DNA of 64,000 nucleotides, taken from contig NW_003314294.1 in the NCBI RefSeq assembly GCF_000143415.4, forward strand, positions 429,402-493,401. The letters are read 5' to 3'. This DNA is from Selaginella moellendorffii. Lineage: Eukaryota; Plantae; Lycopodiophyta. Both the position numbers and the translations under genes were made by a program. Positions within the stretch are counted from its first letter, which is position 1, and every line of letters begins with the position of its first letter. Below the pieces are notes generated by a model. It was given only the letters and a program-made list of their open reading frames with translations, was not told the DNA's origin and made no database searches. Positions 37,863 through 52,189 of this stretch are shown here, one piece after another.

Positions 37863-39574
37863 CTAAGTCTGGGGAGCTTTCCCCTGAATGGTCAGAACCG
37901 AGAAATCGCCAACGCAGTAGTGATGGATCGTCTTCCTTGGGTCTAGAGCCACGCCATTATAGCAAAGCTGCCACTTCTTCTCGTTTGATACAAGCTCATG
38001 TGCTACCTTTCTCTTGATCGCTCTCACGCTCGCGTTGCTTGGAAACATCGCTGTGTACGAGCTCCCTGTCGTGGGCGAGACCACCGTGATCCATAGCTGT
38101 GTCTCCGGCGATGATCTAGATTGATTCCGAGCTCAGGAAACACTTAGAGAGTATTCTAGAGTTTTCCGTACCTTTTGGATCTCTTGTTCTTGCGAGAGAG
38201 CTGATGCTGATTTCGCTGATGCTCGCATTCTTCCTCGCTGGTGGAATCTTGATCGCTCGAGGAAGTGGGTATGTCGAAACAGTAGCTACATTTCCTCTTG
38301 ATCTTCATGTCGAGAAGACGCATCTCTCTCCTGAAACTTTGGAGCAGATCGAGCTTGTCCAGTACGACGCTCTCAAGCTTTAACTCGAAGAGTTTAGCGC
38401 AGTCCACTTTGGCCAAGAGTTCCCGGAGCTTCTCCCTGTCGAAGTCCTCGATGCTGGTCATTATAAACCTGTTGATCTCCTGGCAGAGAATGTCGTGACC
38501 AGTCGATCGATCGGAGATGAAGCCGGCGACCTCCAAGAACTCGTCGAGATTCATCTGCCCTGGACACGACTCTTGCAAGTAGACTTCCATGAAGTGGACG
38601 GCGAGCCTTGTGTATTCTGGCTGATGCCTCGCAAAGTTTCTAGCGAGAGATAGAGCCGAGATGGAATCAGGAAAACCAGTTCTTCGACTCTGATCGCACG
38701 GAAGGAGATTCCCAAAGAAGTCGATCTGCAAGGCCTTGATCAAGTTGCGGTCGATCTTCTTCAGTCGTGAACTAGAAGCAGCCAGGAAATCCAAAAGCGC
38801 AAGAGCTGGAAAGATGGCAAGCAAGCCGTCGAGTGTGTCGTCCACATTGCCTCGATCAGGGAGTTTCTTCATGTGTTCTTTATGGAGATCTACTCTTTCT
38901 TGAAAATGCTTGAGCAGAAACTCGGAGAAAAGCCCGGCATTGCGGCAAATCTGGAGCCTTTGCACACATCCAACCTTGAAGATGAGCTTGTGTAGAGCAG
39001 TGACGAAGGACTTCGCGACCTCCCAGAGAACAAAGGCACCATACGGGAGGACTTTTTTCTCGAAAAAGCAGGACAGGAACAAGGAGAGAAGCTCGCTCGA
39101 TAGATGAAACATCACCTTCTCGAAAACCTTGTCGAGCGATTCCTCCAGCATCGAAAGAAATCTCAAAGCATCCGAGAAGAAGAGCGATACCTCGGCGTGG
39201 GTGGACAAATCTGTCAATGTAGGCAGGGCCTTGTCGAGGAGCTTGGCAATGGCGTCGCCATCTCTAGACTCGCGAATCCATAGCAGGTCACACCATCGAT
39301 CTAGGAGTGGGATCTCCAAGAAGCTGGAGGCGGCACGAAGAACTGCAACGTTGGACCCGTCCACCCGATTGCCACGCTCTTGCAAGGCCTTGAGAAGTCT
39401 ATCAAAGCCATCCGAGCCTCCTGGGAAGTTTGGAAGATCCACAAGCAGGCGACTGCCTCCTCCAGCATCCAGTGCACATTTGCAGATCTTTTGGAAGAAT
39501 TCAGCTGCTTCCAAGTTGAACTTCTCATCGACAAATCGGTCGCCTGCCACGAAGATCACTACTTCCGGGGCCAT
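37863..39574 (-). CDS. Divergent NPH3/RPT2-like (BTB + NPH3) protein with a C-terminal ubiquitin-like domain, 2 exons (39574-38172, 38115-37863)
   Basis: BTB LPNFPGG..F..SNVAVLRAASSFLEI; NPH3 tail MNLDEFLEVA..RSTGHDIL..VDCAKL. A 56-nt GT-AG intron joins in frame to a Ubl (LWITVVSPTTGSSY..SVRAIKRKV..QLCYNGVALDPRKTIHHYCV..SVLTI). Confidence 0.75.
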
Positions 39575-39619
39575 CTATATAAGAGCTGGGAAGGGTAAAA
39601 GAATGACATTAAAGTGAAA

Positions 39620-42600
39620 CCATTTTAGAATATTCTCTTCTTAAAGAAGGGTTTATTTCTATAATTACAATAAATCAATGACATTTCTCAAGAATATAAT
39701 TAACAAGTAGATAGAAAGTTTTGAGCCATTTGAGCATCAACAACACTGATAAAAATAAATTATATTAAAAATAAAATAAATAATTTAAATTATTTTTAGA
39801 AAAATATTTTATTACACTTAGATAAATTTTAACATGTAATTATTTATTATATTACTATTCAGCTATCATTTCATACTACACTGTTTAAAATTTTATTTAC
39901 AATAAAAGGGTTTATAGTTTTTTAAATGTGACACTTTGATGTTATATATTACACACTTTTTTAAAAATTTGTACTTAGAGTATTCAAAACATAACTAACT
40001 TTATATTTTTTATAAATTAATAAAATATTAGAAATGATTGTAAAATCTTCACCTTTTTCTTATAGTATTATAACTCTCTATATACTAAGCTTATTTAGGT
40101 TTAATTAAATCTAATATTTACTAAAGCTTTTACTTCTTAATACACAGATTGAAATTTACACTGTTGCCACATCAGCTGCTCACCAATTTGTTGATAAAAT
40201 CTAATACTTTTAACTAATGCCACATATGCCAATCTCAACAAACTTTGCACAACAATTCCATGATGAACAGATGAGTGTTTTTGTAAGCTATAATCAATGT
40301 TGTTGTCTTCCAACCTCTTGACACAAAGTTTAACAAAATCTAAAGCAACATCTAACAACTTAAAAGGAGCATTCAAAGTACGTACTTCCAGGGGATAGTA
40401 TGCATAGAGACATAGTGCATCAACAACTAGCTCATGAAAGAAAATGCAAAACTCCACAATGAAATCCACACTCTCAAAGCAAAGTAGCTTATAGTAATGG
40501 AAGATGATAATAAAAGTGAGTATGACAAGGAGAACAATGATGATGAGGAGTTTCATTAGCAACTCAATAAGTTCAAGGTTAAACTCATAAGAACTCTAGT
40601 ACCAATAAAGCCAACTAACTAATGGAATAGTAGGAGCCTCGAGACAAAGCTTTATTTAGTTATAGGAGAATGAAACATAGCTAAACAACCATGCATTTAG
40701 GCATTTTTCTTATAGTTAGGATTATGACCTTGACACTCAAGGTTACAATCTTGATAATCAAGATTCAAAAAGAAATGACAATTACCACTATATAAGAATA
40801 GTTATGTGGGAGAGTTAACACTCAATCCCTACCCCTGTCTCTTTTGTACTTTAGCTTTCCATTATCAATGTACATCCACATGCTCAAAATTTAGAGTACT
40901 TAAGCAATGCCAAATTTATCCTTACTCACGATCTTGATAAAAACCTTTATAAGGATTGAAAGACTTGAATCACTTTTCTTTTTCACTTTCTGTATGTTTA
41001 TTTGTGTTTAGCTACAACAAAGCATAAGATTAAGTCAAGCAAGTGCAACATACAAGCAATTCACATAAAGTTTCCAAAAAAAAAATTAAAAGTACTACTA
41101 ACCACAAATGCTCATCAGGATTACTCCCCACAAAATAAAGAAGGTCATCTTCAAGGTAATATAAAAAATATACATTGTTAAAATAGTAAATAATTAGCAA
41201 ATGATGCAAAATTCTCAAACCCATCATAAAATATCTGAATCAACAACTCAACCTTTTGAGCCTTATAAACCTCGTTAACAGAAATGAAATAAAGAATAAA
41301 GATTAACTTTGTTGCACGATGTAATAATAAATGGCAACATATGGCAATTGGCTAAGAAATAGAGTCTAGAGAGAATAATAATTATTATAAAATGAACTTG
41401 AAAAGTAAATATTAGATGAATTGGTGCTGACTGAACCTTTCAATAATACTCTCAAAAGAAATATAGAAGGGTCATTATCTTATCTGCACAAAGACCTTCT
41501 ACTACTTATTTAACACTTGATTAAAGTTAAAAATTATTACATTCTTTTATACTCATTTCAATATATTCCATTTATCACCTATAGTAAATTATTTGTCACA
41601 TAGCTTTGGAAATAACACCTTTATAGGACAAAAATGTATAATAAGTAAAACAATTATATAAATTTACAATTTTAAAAAGCTTTTATTTTATAACAAAATT
41701 CTATGACATGCAAGAACATATAAAATTCTTATTTATAATTTTATACTGGCATCAATTCCATATATGAGGCTTTTATAATAATTTCAACATTATAGCACAA
41801 TCATATTGTAGCACACCTCTATTATTAAGTTATAACTCAAAAACATTTTATAAGGCAGGAGAAATTGTAAATTGCTAGCAAATAATTGTAGAAAAAATGG
41901 ATATATAAATTTACTTCATTCACAATGAATAGTTATGATAAGAGTTAGGTTAGGGTTAGGGCAACTATACAATATTTAGAATTTAAAATTTAAACTTAAA
42001 AACTAAGTAATAACAAAATTTAAATTTAACTATTTTAAAATAAAAAACATAATTAAAAACTAAGACAAATGCAATATAATATACTTAAAAAAATTATATT
42101 ATTAAAAAATAAAAATTATAAATAAGTCAAATTTAAATTTAAATTACTTAAATTTCATATGCAATAGGCTTAGCTATGGCCTTTTATAAATTATACAAAA
42201 AAAATGAGCTTAACACTGATTAGCCTGTTAAAAGAAAATTGCTTGCTATTACATTTTTTTAAAAAAAATATAATTTAAATCAAACTTTATAATTTAGTTA
42301 TTTATATGAAATATGACCTATTTTACATAAAATATTATTGATATTATTGTTTAACAATTATATTTATTATGATTATTAAAAAGGTAATCTATTTTAATAA
42401 TTATAAGTAATTTTTAATCTATATATCAGAAGGATAAAGAAATTAAATTTAGTTATATAATTATTTAATATTAAGTTTTTGGCTAGTTTTTTATATAATT
42501 TTAAAAAAATTTATTTAGGAGACAAAGCTAAATTGTATAAAATATTTTGGAATTATTTTAATGTAGTATTCGCAAATGGTATAATTTACAATGATATTTA

Positions 42601-43375
42601 AATTTTCTTAAGCAAATTAAAAATCTTAAATAAAAATTGTGGTTAATATCACAAGGTTTTATAAAAATATTTATTTTTTTTAAACACTTTTTAAATAATA
42701 AAATTTTATAGGTATATAATTTTACATTGCATGAAGTGATAGCATGTTATAATAATATAAACAATATAAAAATAAATTATTATTTTTATTTTTAAGTTTT
42801 TTTGGATTTTTTATTGTATGTACAATTAATATACCTACACCAATGTTTTAAACTATTTATAATAAATCTCAAATATCAAACTTTCCAACAATTTTTTACC
42901 TATTTATTTACCTTAACATAATAAAGCTTTTTTAACTATATTTTTATGTTATTTTTAATTATAAATAAATAAAAATATTTTATATACCATAAAATACTGA
43001 TATTTTTACTTTTATTTATTTTTATACCTAAATGTTTTTTACTGAATTTTTATTTTTATTTTTAAGTGATACATTAAAAGTAATAAAATAAGTGCTAAAT
43101 ATTCACTAGGTAAAGTAAAAGAAGATTAAAAAGAAAAAGTGCCATATTTAATTCTAGAAATATTTATTCTAATAAGTAGAACAAAATATTTATGTTTTTT
43201 TTATTATTTAAAGCAAGTAAAATTTTACTTTTCTTTCCAAAAAGAATAATATTTTTTTTATTAGATAAATGTTTTTTTTTCCCTTCTTCTATCTGTCATC
43301 ATTTTTTATTTCAAAGTTTTCTATCATTTGATAGATTCATTTTGTCTACTATATCTTTTTTCCTTGTCGATGGAA
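39620..43375. other. AT-rich island, probably decayed transposon sequence
   Basis: Abrupt compositional shift with no credible ORF; element family not recognisable. Confidence 0.5.
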
Positions 43376-43600
43376 TTTGACGAAGTACAGGTGTTGGTGA
43401 CCAAACAGCGTGTATGTTTATTCTATTGCTAACGTGGCGGAGTCCTATCCGCTAATACTTTGCATGGGTAAATCGACGGTCCAGATGCTATCTAGAACCG
43501 ACGGCATTGGCGAGGCGCTTGCATTGTCGAAGGTCATAGATTGGAGGGCTCGCTAGGAAGGAGGAGCTTGGGCGAAGGAGAGAGCTCCCGTTTCTTGGAT

Positions 43601-44962
43601 ATGGCAGCAGCGGCCATGGCTCAAAAGGTTTTGGTGCCTTGTTCTTCGTCTTCGTCTTGCGGGAAAGCCCAGTTCTCTCCAAGCCGAGGTAGGATCTTCT
43701 TTCGTTTTGGAAGGTTTTGGATCGAAAGCTTTTGCTACAGTTCACACCCATGCCATCGCATTTGGTGGAGAGTTGTCTCAGAGTTCTAGCAGGAAGAACA
43801 AGAGCCTAGCGCTAAAAGCTGTTGCGGTAAGTTCTATCTCCTCTCCATTTGCTTTCGTCGTCTCGGTCGAAATTGCTAAAGATTCTCAACGTTTCATGCT
43901 CGCAAAGGGTGAAACATCCGCTCCAGTTACTGCAAAGTCTGGGTGAGCTTCTTTCTTCCATAGTTCTAAAATCTTTTCTTTGCAAAGCTTGATCATATCT
44001 TTTGTTTCCCAGGCACGAGATCTTACTCTTCGATGCTCTCCGCGAAGGTCTCGAGGAGGAGATGGCGAGAGATCCCACCGTGTGCGTCATGGGAGAGGAC
44101 GTCGGCCACTACGGAGGCTCCTACAAAGTCACCAAGGGGCTGGCCGAGAAGTTTGGCGACTTGCGCGTGCTGGACACGCCGATTTGCGAGAACTCCTTCA
44201 CGGGAATGGGGATCGGCGCTGCCATGACGGGACTCCGGACAGTGGTAGAAGGCATGAACATGGGATTCTTGCTCCTGGCCTACAACCAGATCTCCAACAA
44301 CGCTGGAATGCTCCACTATACGTCGGGTGGTCAGTTTAAGATCCCGGTGGTGATCCGCGGCCCCGGTGGGGTTGGAAAGCAGCTTGGAGCCGAGCACTCG
44401 CAGCGTTTGGAGTCCTACTTCCAGTCAGTCCCGGGCTTGCAAATGGTGGCGTGCTCCACTCCATACAACGCGAAGGGACTGATGAAGGCCGCGATCCGGA
44501 GTGACAACCCGGTGATCCTCTACGAGCACGTCTTCTCTACATCTCAAGGAGAGNNNNNNNNNNNNNNNNNNNNNNNNNNNNNNNNNNNNNNNNNNNNNNN
44601 NNNNNNNNNNNNNNNNNNNNNNNNNNNNNNNNNNNNNNNNNNNNNNNNNNNNNGAGGGTATGATCCGGAGATCATCGACATCAGGTCGCTCAAGCCTTTT
44701 GATCTTCTTCACGATTGGGAACTCGATCAAGAAGACGCACAAGGTTCTCATCGTGGAGGAGTGCATGAGAACTGGCGGGATTGGAGCCAGCTTGAGAGCT
44801 GCGATTCTTGACAACTTCTGGGACTTCCTCGATGGCCGGCCCGAGTGTTTGTCGTCACAGGACGTCCCGACACCTTACGCTGCAACGCTGGAGGACGCGA
44901 CGGTGGTACAACCGGCGCAGATCATTGTGAAAGTGGAGCAAATGTTGCAAGGTCTCATCTAA
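43601..44962 (+). CDS. PDH-E1beta: Plastid pyruvate dehydrogenase E1 beta subunit (interrupted by an assembly gap)
   Basis: Transit peptide exons, [84 protein letters not shown]. Confidence 0.96.
44554..44653. other. Assembly gap (100 N)
   Basis: Run of N. Confidence 1.
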
Positions 44963-45899
44963 AACTCTGGATGGGATGGGACAATCACGACAAAGACAAA
45001 CGCTCTTAAATTCCCCGATAAGAGTAGGCGAGAGTGGAAGTTCTTCGAATCCATTCTTACAATAAGGAAGAACATTGCCAGTTTTTCGAGTTCATACCTG
45101 GAAAAAAAATTCTTTTTTAGTGGCTTCGAAAGGATGGCATGGAAACCATTGAAGAACACGAGCCTTATTAAATATCCATTATTTTTTTTAAGCTCATAGC
45201 CATTAAAATAAACCTCTTTTCTGGAACCATCCTCTCGCCGGACAAGCCAGGCATGACTGGGTCTACTAATCGCCTCTTCCTCTACATTTGCCACAAGGAA
45301 CGATCTTCCCATTGCCACATATGTTATGCCTTTTCCTGGAGAGCATGAAGTCCATGACTTCCATAGCCACGCTTAAGGAAATAACTTACCGATTCACTCG
45401 TGACACCGCTCTTGGAGCTTTCGAGCTCGCGAAAACTGCAAGTGGCTTACCCTACTCCCCCCACCCAGCTTGTATTTAGAACTCGTGGAACCAAAGCATA
45501 CCTGAGAACAGCACTGGAGAATGTGATCAGGGCTTGACAAGGCTTTCAAAAACCCCACTTGAAAACATGATGTGCCCCCTAGGAAGGGGAACAGTCTAAC
45601 TTGCCTTCATTAGCCCATGTCACTTACAAATATTCCGCCATATAGCCTATTGTGTGGCAAGCTCTTTTAAGAATGAGGAAGCACAAAGTTAACTGGAATA
45701 ACAATGATTTAGGCAGAAATCTAAAGACTCATGAGCCCCTCTGTCACACACACATAATTCCCAGCCATCAGTCTCTCCATAACAAGATTCAAGAAACTTT
45801 ATTCTCTAAAACCTTTTCCCACAAGAAAATGTGGCATCTTATTTCAACTTTAAACATTGTTACACACTTAAAAGGGTGAGGTTTAGCCTAACCCTTCCC

Positions 45900-47890
45900 T
45901 GTGATCACCTCCCTTTATATAATTAGCTTTTTTTTGGTTTCCTCTAAATCTTTGTTACACTCTAGCATAGATTCTCCTACTATAACTCTTAAGGAATATT
46001 TTCACATCTCTATATCACACCTTAAACACTCAAAACACAACTTTAATTATTTCTATGGTTTGGATGGTATAATGACAAAATGGGAACTATGGCCCAAGGA
46101 GGAGAATTAGGAGGCTAGCCCAAAGAAGACATCACAACCACTACACTATAAGATTATTTAAAAATGTTATATGATCAAATAGACTACTAGAGATGTGTCT
46201 TTATATATTAAGGTGTACATAAAGTCTAAGTTAATAAAAATCAATGGATGCTCATAAATCCAAATTTATAATAGCTACAAAATCTTCACAGACAAGTGAC
46301 TCTTTAAAAGTAGAGCAAATATAAAAAAGGATGACCAAAACCAAGGCTGCCTCTTTCATATAAATAGTAAATATATTGTGAATATATATGTGACTGTTGG
46401 CCCTACCTTGACTTGGATTTGTTTCACATCAAATACATTCAAGTTCATAGAGGTCATATTGTAAGATTTAATCCTCAAGTTAGCTTTGGTTTCAATTTGA
46501 ACGAAACATTACTTCCTTGCTCAAATTGATCCTCTTTGGAAGCTTTATTAGCTCCTCTTATAATATGAAAAATAACATTTAGATGACCATAATGGAAATG
46601 TGATATAAGTTATATATCTCCTAAAAGGTAAATATGTACTTTATAGTAATAATATTTATTGTACAGAATATATAATTGTATGAGTTATTTTTACACCAAT
46701 TTTTTGTTTACTTAAGAAAAACCTGTAGGTGGACTTGGATGGTAGTGGAAATACCTTATAATTTATAAACTTTCCTAAACACTTCCTAGTATATTCTTTT
46801 TTATTTTACCATGTAATGGTTAATATGCAATAATATTAATATTGATTTATAAATTATAAACATGTTTATAATTATTGATCAATTGGATTATTCAAAAATA
46901 CTAAATAAGAATGACACTACTATTAAGTAAACAGGTTGCTGCATGCAATGTGAAGCAAATTTTTTCCTTTCTAATGTTGATTTCTTAATATTAGTGTATC
47001 TATTATTTATTAATACAATTGATTAAATGGAATTAAACCTGTTTGTAATTTATAAACACAAAATTAGTCTTCAATTATTAGATAATAAATTTAATTACAA
47101 TGTGAGTGCTCAAGATATAGGAATAGATATATTAATTAGGGTTTAGATCCCTACTTATATACAAGAAAGGATGGACTAAATTCAATCCCAAATGGATATT
47201 ATAGTATTATAATTAATATATTATCTAGCCAAGTAATACATGTATATACATGTATATATTTACAAATTTTATACCATCTTTCCTTCCAAAAAATGAAAAA
47301 GGTGATGGCAATAAGTCAGGTGAAACATCTGGAGCATTTGCTAGGCAACTATAAACTATTACAAGAATTTGAAACTTTTACAAAATCATTAATAAAGTTG
47401 TTAACAACCATAACTAAAACAAAACCCAAAGTCATGATATAAGCATTAATCTACTATAAAATCCCGATAAAATAATTAATTTGATGAGGAAATCTTTACA
47501 TATTTATTCCAAGGATATATAAATTTATCCCATATTGGGTAAAATCATTAGCTAAAAAGACAACTTCTAAATTAAAATAATTATGCAAAATTAATGCACA
47601 AACACAATGAGTACATATTCCACCCACTAACAGGATATAAAAGACCCTAAATCAAACTCTAGAGCATGCAATATTAATTTAGACACATAAACTACCTTAG
47701 ATTGCCAAAGAAAACAAAAAAGAGCATTCCACTATGCTTGAATTCTTGTTTTGAAAATTTTATTGATGTGTTATTATCCGCATGTTATGTTTTGAGCATA
47801 TTTTTAATTCCATCATTGTAAGTATTTTTTTTTTTTCACCATCATATACTGCTAGCTCAACTTCAAATTCTCTTACAAATAATACGTGGG
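45900..47890. other. AT-rich island, probably decayed transposon sequence
   Basis: Compositional shift, no credible ORF. Confidence 0.45.
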
Positions 47891-47932
47891 TTTTTAGGTC
47901 AAGAAGAAAGAAAATCGTTTGAGGATTTTTCT

Positions 47933-49116
47933 ATGGCAAGTAGCAGTGCTCTATCGGCAGCAGCGACGCTCACAAAATCCGCCAATTCCTTCGCCTCCAG
48001 CAGCAGCTCCAGCTCCGCCTCCGCCCCCTCCAGGAAATCCGGGAGCTTCAAATGCGGTACGCGATTCTTCGCCTCCATTCCCTTCACCAAAACATTGACA
48101 GATTTTGGGTCGCAGGGATGAGAATCCGGGCCGAGAGCGACGGCAGCAAAGGATCTACGACAAAATCTCCCCCACCGGTGGAATTGGAGCGCTCCCCGGC
48201 CGATAAGCTCGTGGATGGAATGTCGTTCGGCCAGCTGTGCGATGAATTTCAGTGCATAAGCAGCCCCTCCGTGGAATCTACGTGCCGTCAGCTCGCGAGA
48301 GATATCCTGGAAATTCGAGATGGGAATAGAGCTCTGGGAACTCTGGCCTACTTTGTCAAATACAAGGTAAGCTCTTCCTTCTTTTTCTTTACACGACTAG
48401 TTAGATCTCTTCTCTCTTTTCTAGGATCCATTGAGGTCTTTCCAAGGACGATTGAAGTACAATAGGCCGTCGTGGACGAGAACTGCCTTGGAGAATCCAA
48501 CAGTGGTACGTACGTGATTGGTTTCTTTGCTTGCGAGCTTTTCATATTCATGCAGTGGTGCTTTGGCGGTGGTTCCATTTGCCTCCTCAGGCAGTGCGTC
48601 AAATGGAGATGGTGTCGACGAGCGTGCTACGAATCCAGTGGACGATACAAGGAAGGCCAAAACTTGCTGCTGCTTCCTTCGTTGGCGATGTTCTTGTCAA
48701 CGTAACGTCGACTTTCACTCTCAACCAGATCAGTGGCCAGGTTCTGGAGCACCGAGAGGAGTGGGACCTCTCCGGCAACTCTCCTCTGGCTCAGGCATAC
48801 TTTTGGCTCTCCAGGATTGCGTACTCCACAGTCGAAGCTGGCAAGGATACGTCGGAGTTAGTCCAAGGGGTATCCAAGGTTATTGACAAGAACTTGGGCG
48901 ATGACAGCAGCATTTACGTCGATCCAACCGATCCAAAGAAGGTCTGGTTGTTTCTCTTTTCTCATAGAAATAGTTTATATCGATCTTCACGACTTGGCAA
49001 ATTGCCGTTTGCAGTTCTTCCAAGTGGATGATAATCGCCAAAAGGACATTTACCAAGTTGGCCTGGTGCTTGCGCTGCTCTACCTCCTTGTCCAGTTCTT
49101 AAAACTCACGCTTTGA
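47933..49116 (+). CDS. Conserved chloroplast protein, DUF2358/NTF2-like with C-terminal TM, 5 exons
   Basis: Ser-rich transit peptide; DKLVDGMSFGQLCDEFQCISSPSVESTCRQLARDILEIR, YKDPLRSFQG..Y, FTLNQISGQVLEHREEWDLS, FFQVDD..LALLYLLVQFLKLTL. Confidence 0.85.
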
Positions 49117-49531
49117 CCATAAACCGGTAAGACAAGCGGGTTGTAAAACGGGTCTTACAAGCACTTGTGTTTTGGCAGAACTTGATTGTATAGAACCGTT
49201 TTGACTGCGCAAGCGACTTGTAAAATGCCTTCGTACACTACAGATAGTAACAGGATTATCGTCTTAAACACGTTCTTCTTTGTTTTCTTTGTTTTTTTCT
49301 GTTTTCTCCTTTTTTTTTCTTCTCTTGAGCCTTCCGTGGCGTGTTCGCCAGGTACTGCTAGTTTCTTCTTTTCTTTCGTTGTAAAGTTCTTCACATTTTG
49401 TAGCTGGCAAAATCGTGATCCTCGCCCCTTCCTCGCATCCTTCCGGTTAGTAGTGCTTAACAAATCGAAGTCTCGTCTCTGACACACGCACAATATAACA
49501 GCCATCAGGTTTGGATTGATAGATTAATTCC

Positions 49532-49888
49532 ATGGCAGATCACAAGCTGGTTTCTAAGTTCCAGAAGGCCCTCCGCGGATACCAAAAGCTACGACTCATC
49601 GAGAGTGAAGATCCAGCAATCACTCACATTCGCAACCACCTCCTCAGTGACGACTATGATTACTACGGCGATGAGCAGCAGCAATTGACAGAGCAATCAA
49701 GGATTTTCTATCAGCGCTTCCTAGAGGATCTCACGAGAATCGTCCAAGCCTCTTCTCCTCCTCCTCCTCCGCCCTCTTCTGCCAGTGTGAGCATCACAAA
49801 AGAGACGATAGGAAATTTTCCTTTTGATGCAAGGCTGGCAAAAGACTCTATCGCAAGTAACAATGCCTATTATCTCTACAGGCGTTGA
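49532..49888 (+). CDS. Orphan ORF or 5' remnant of a decayed gene
   Basis: 118-aa ATG ORF with a good start context and protein-like composition, running into AT-rich, stop-ridden sequence; no family recognised. Confidence 0.3.
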   Translation: MADHKLVSKFQKALRGYQKLRLIESEDPAITHIRNHLLSDDYDYYGDEQQQLTEQSRIFYQRFLEDLTRIVQASSPPPPPPSSASVSITKETIGNFPFDARLAKDSIASNNAYYLYRR

Positions 49889-50410
49889 TAGAAGTAATTT
49901 GGCTTTTTTGGTAGAACACCAGCAAAAACATTGTGAGAGCTCTGATATAATAGTTTATAAAAAGGGGTAGAAGTTTTAAGGCTTTGCCATTTCATTATAC
50001 TTAGTGGGAGATAAAAAATGGTCGTTTCATACTTGCCAACAGTTATGTATGCTAAAAATTGGCAATGACTGGAAAATATTCATAAGGTATTCTCCCTCTT
50101 ATGCATGGATCAATGATTATTTGAAAGATGAAGTGAAGGATGTTACTTTATAATGTGGCCAGCAACAAGTTCAACATGATAATAAATATTATTTGATCCA
50201 ACCTTTCCTGCTTAGCTGTATGTTTAAATAAAGTTCAGAGGTGTGTTTTAAGTCAGTAGTAATGCTGACATTTGTGTAAGATGCGGTGCTTTTTACCTCC
50301 TAGATTATAGCAGTTAAAAGCACTGAAGGGTTTATAAAAAAGCAATAAGAAGATTCGTACCAAGTGTGAATATGTCACATGAGTATAGACAAACTTTTAA
50401 TTTCTATCTG

Positions 50411-50458
50411 AACATGAATTCTGACTTAGAGGCGTTCAATCATAATCCCACACATGGT
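50411..50458 (-). pseudogene. Short 25S/26S rRNA fragment
   Basis: ATTCTGACTTAGAGGCGTTCAATCATAATCC is the reverse complement of the conserved LSU 3'-domain sequence GGATTATGACTGAACGCCTCTAAGTCAGAAT with one mismatch. Confidence 0.85.
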
Positions 50459-52189
50459 GCATATACTAAACATGACCCAAGATTTTCATTAACATGAATG
50501 GTATATCTTAAGGAATAGAGCTCTGAGGTGGCCATTGCTGGCTTGTCTTGTAGAGCATTGTAAGATAGTTTCCACATCTATACGATTGAAGAGGCCTAAA
50601 AAATGTAGTGACAATTTTGTATCAAATTTAAGAATTAAACTACATAATCTTTTTTGCACCAGTTATTCCAAATGCTTAGGTATGTTAAGCTAGACAGCAG
50701 CTTTCTTGACAAGCTCTTGCTCAAGAGGAGCCATCTAAAGAGGATTCACACTTCAAATTCTTTTTCAATCTCTTTAGGCAATTCTTCCATTGCACTAGCA
50801 GACAGAGCAAATCTTAACTGTCTTAACCTCTTGGCATCACAATCATGCAAGAATTGCCTTCAACATTGTATACCACCTTGATATTATAGGCAAATAGACC
50901 TTTAAAGTCTCCATTGATATTATGATAATTTGTTGCACTATCTATTATGAGTCACGACCTAATATAGATGAATGGAATACATATCTTGACCTCTATGCCC
51001 TCAATTGCTATGTTAGTATAATTACCTTCTAAAATCTTGATGGATATTTTATTTATTGCTATAAATTTGAGCATATTTAAAGAAGCATTGGTTGGAAGTA
51101 ATGCTTGTCAAAAGAAATTTGCACTCACAATTGAGTTTGAAGCATTTGTGTTCTATATGAACCATGGATGAGAATTCTAATCTCAAATGAATGTTCAAAG
51201 TTAATTATCTTGAAAATAAAAGCATTTAAAGTTCATTTAATTAGGAATAGATTATGTAAAAAAATCCATGACAAATCTTATATCTATTCCTATGATCATA
51301 TTTTTTCTTGCTGCCACTTATAATTTTGAATATAAAATACATGTAGAAATGAATTTCTAGATGATTACATACTATAGTGGTTAAAAAAGTGGTAGAAATT
51401 AATTAAAAATTTTAAAAATTTCATTATGTAAATCAACTATTTTTTGTAGCACCTACTACTTGCAAGGCATTTTCTCTATCCCTTGAAAGTTCATTCATTT
51501 TGTGCCTTTGAGCTTTGAAAACCCTTGCAACTAACCTGGCCTCCTCCATCGTAGTACAGGAATATTCGGCTGTTGGTAAGAAATTAAAATTCTGCAACTA
51601 ATTTTAAATCTTAAGAGCACACTTCACTCTCCTCTACACACTGGAAATATTAAAATAGCACAGCAGCAGTTCTCAATGTTATTGAGGTACCACATTTGAG
51701 GTATCTCATGAAGGTTAAGGTCCACAATTGATACAATACAATGAATTGTTTTAGTATCAATTGGTTGACAATTGATTTGGAATGTTTATATTCTCAAACA
51801 ACAAAATGAATTTTCTTTTGGATTCAAATTTCTTGAAATTGTTCTCTAAGACAACTTATTCATTAAGGGAAGAGAAAAGCTGGATGCCAGGAATATTCTC
51901 TTCCCCAGAATGGCATTGCATGAGACTACAGCCCTAATAATACATCACTGGTATATTTAATAGATCTCGTATACCACAATCACACCATTACAACAAGACA
52001 AACTTTCAAAACAAGATGAGCCCTGCAGTGAAGGGGGAGAAAGTGTGAATGAAAGATAGCTATATTAGAATTTTGTTATGTATTTTGCTAGCTAGCAGAT
52101 TAGATATTGCCATAGCAGTTGTCAATGTTAGATTAGAAGAAACACAGGTTTGCAACTTGTAGTACATATTGGTTTATGGTAAAAGGTTA

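Noticed and set aside
43568-43589. miR319/159-like string TTGGGCGAAGGAGAGAGCTCCC
   Set aside because: Several mismatches and indels, no supporting hairpin, and it lies in the PDH 5'UTR
44530-44715. Apparent frameshifts in PDH E1-beta
   Set aside because: They directly flank the N gap and are most likely low-quality contig ends, not pseudogenisation
44959-45500. Protein-like minus-strand ORF fragments after PDH
   Set aside because: No recognisable family or consistent exon chain
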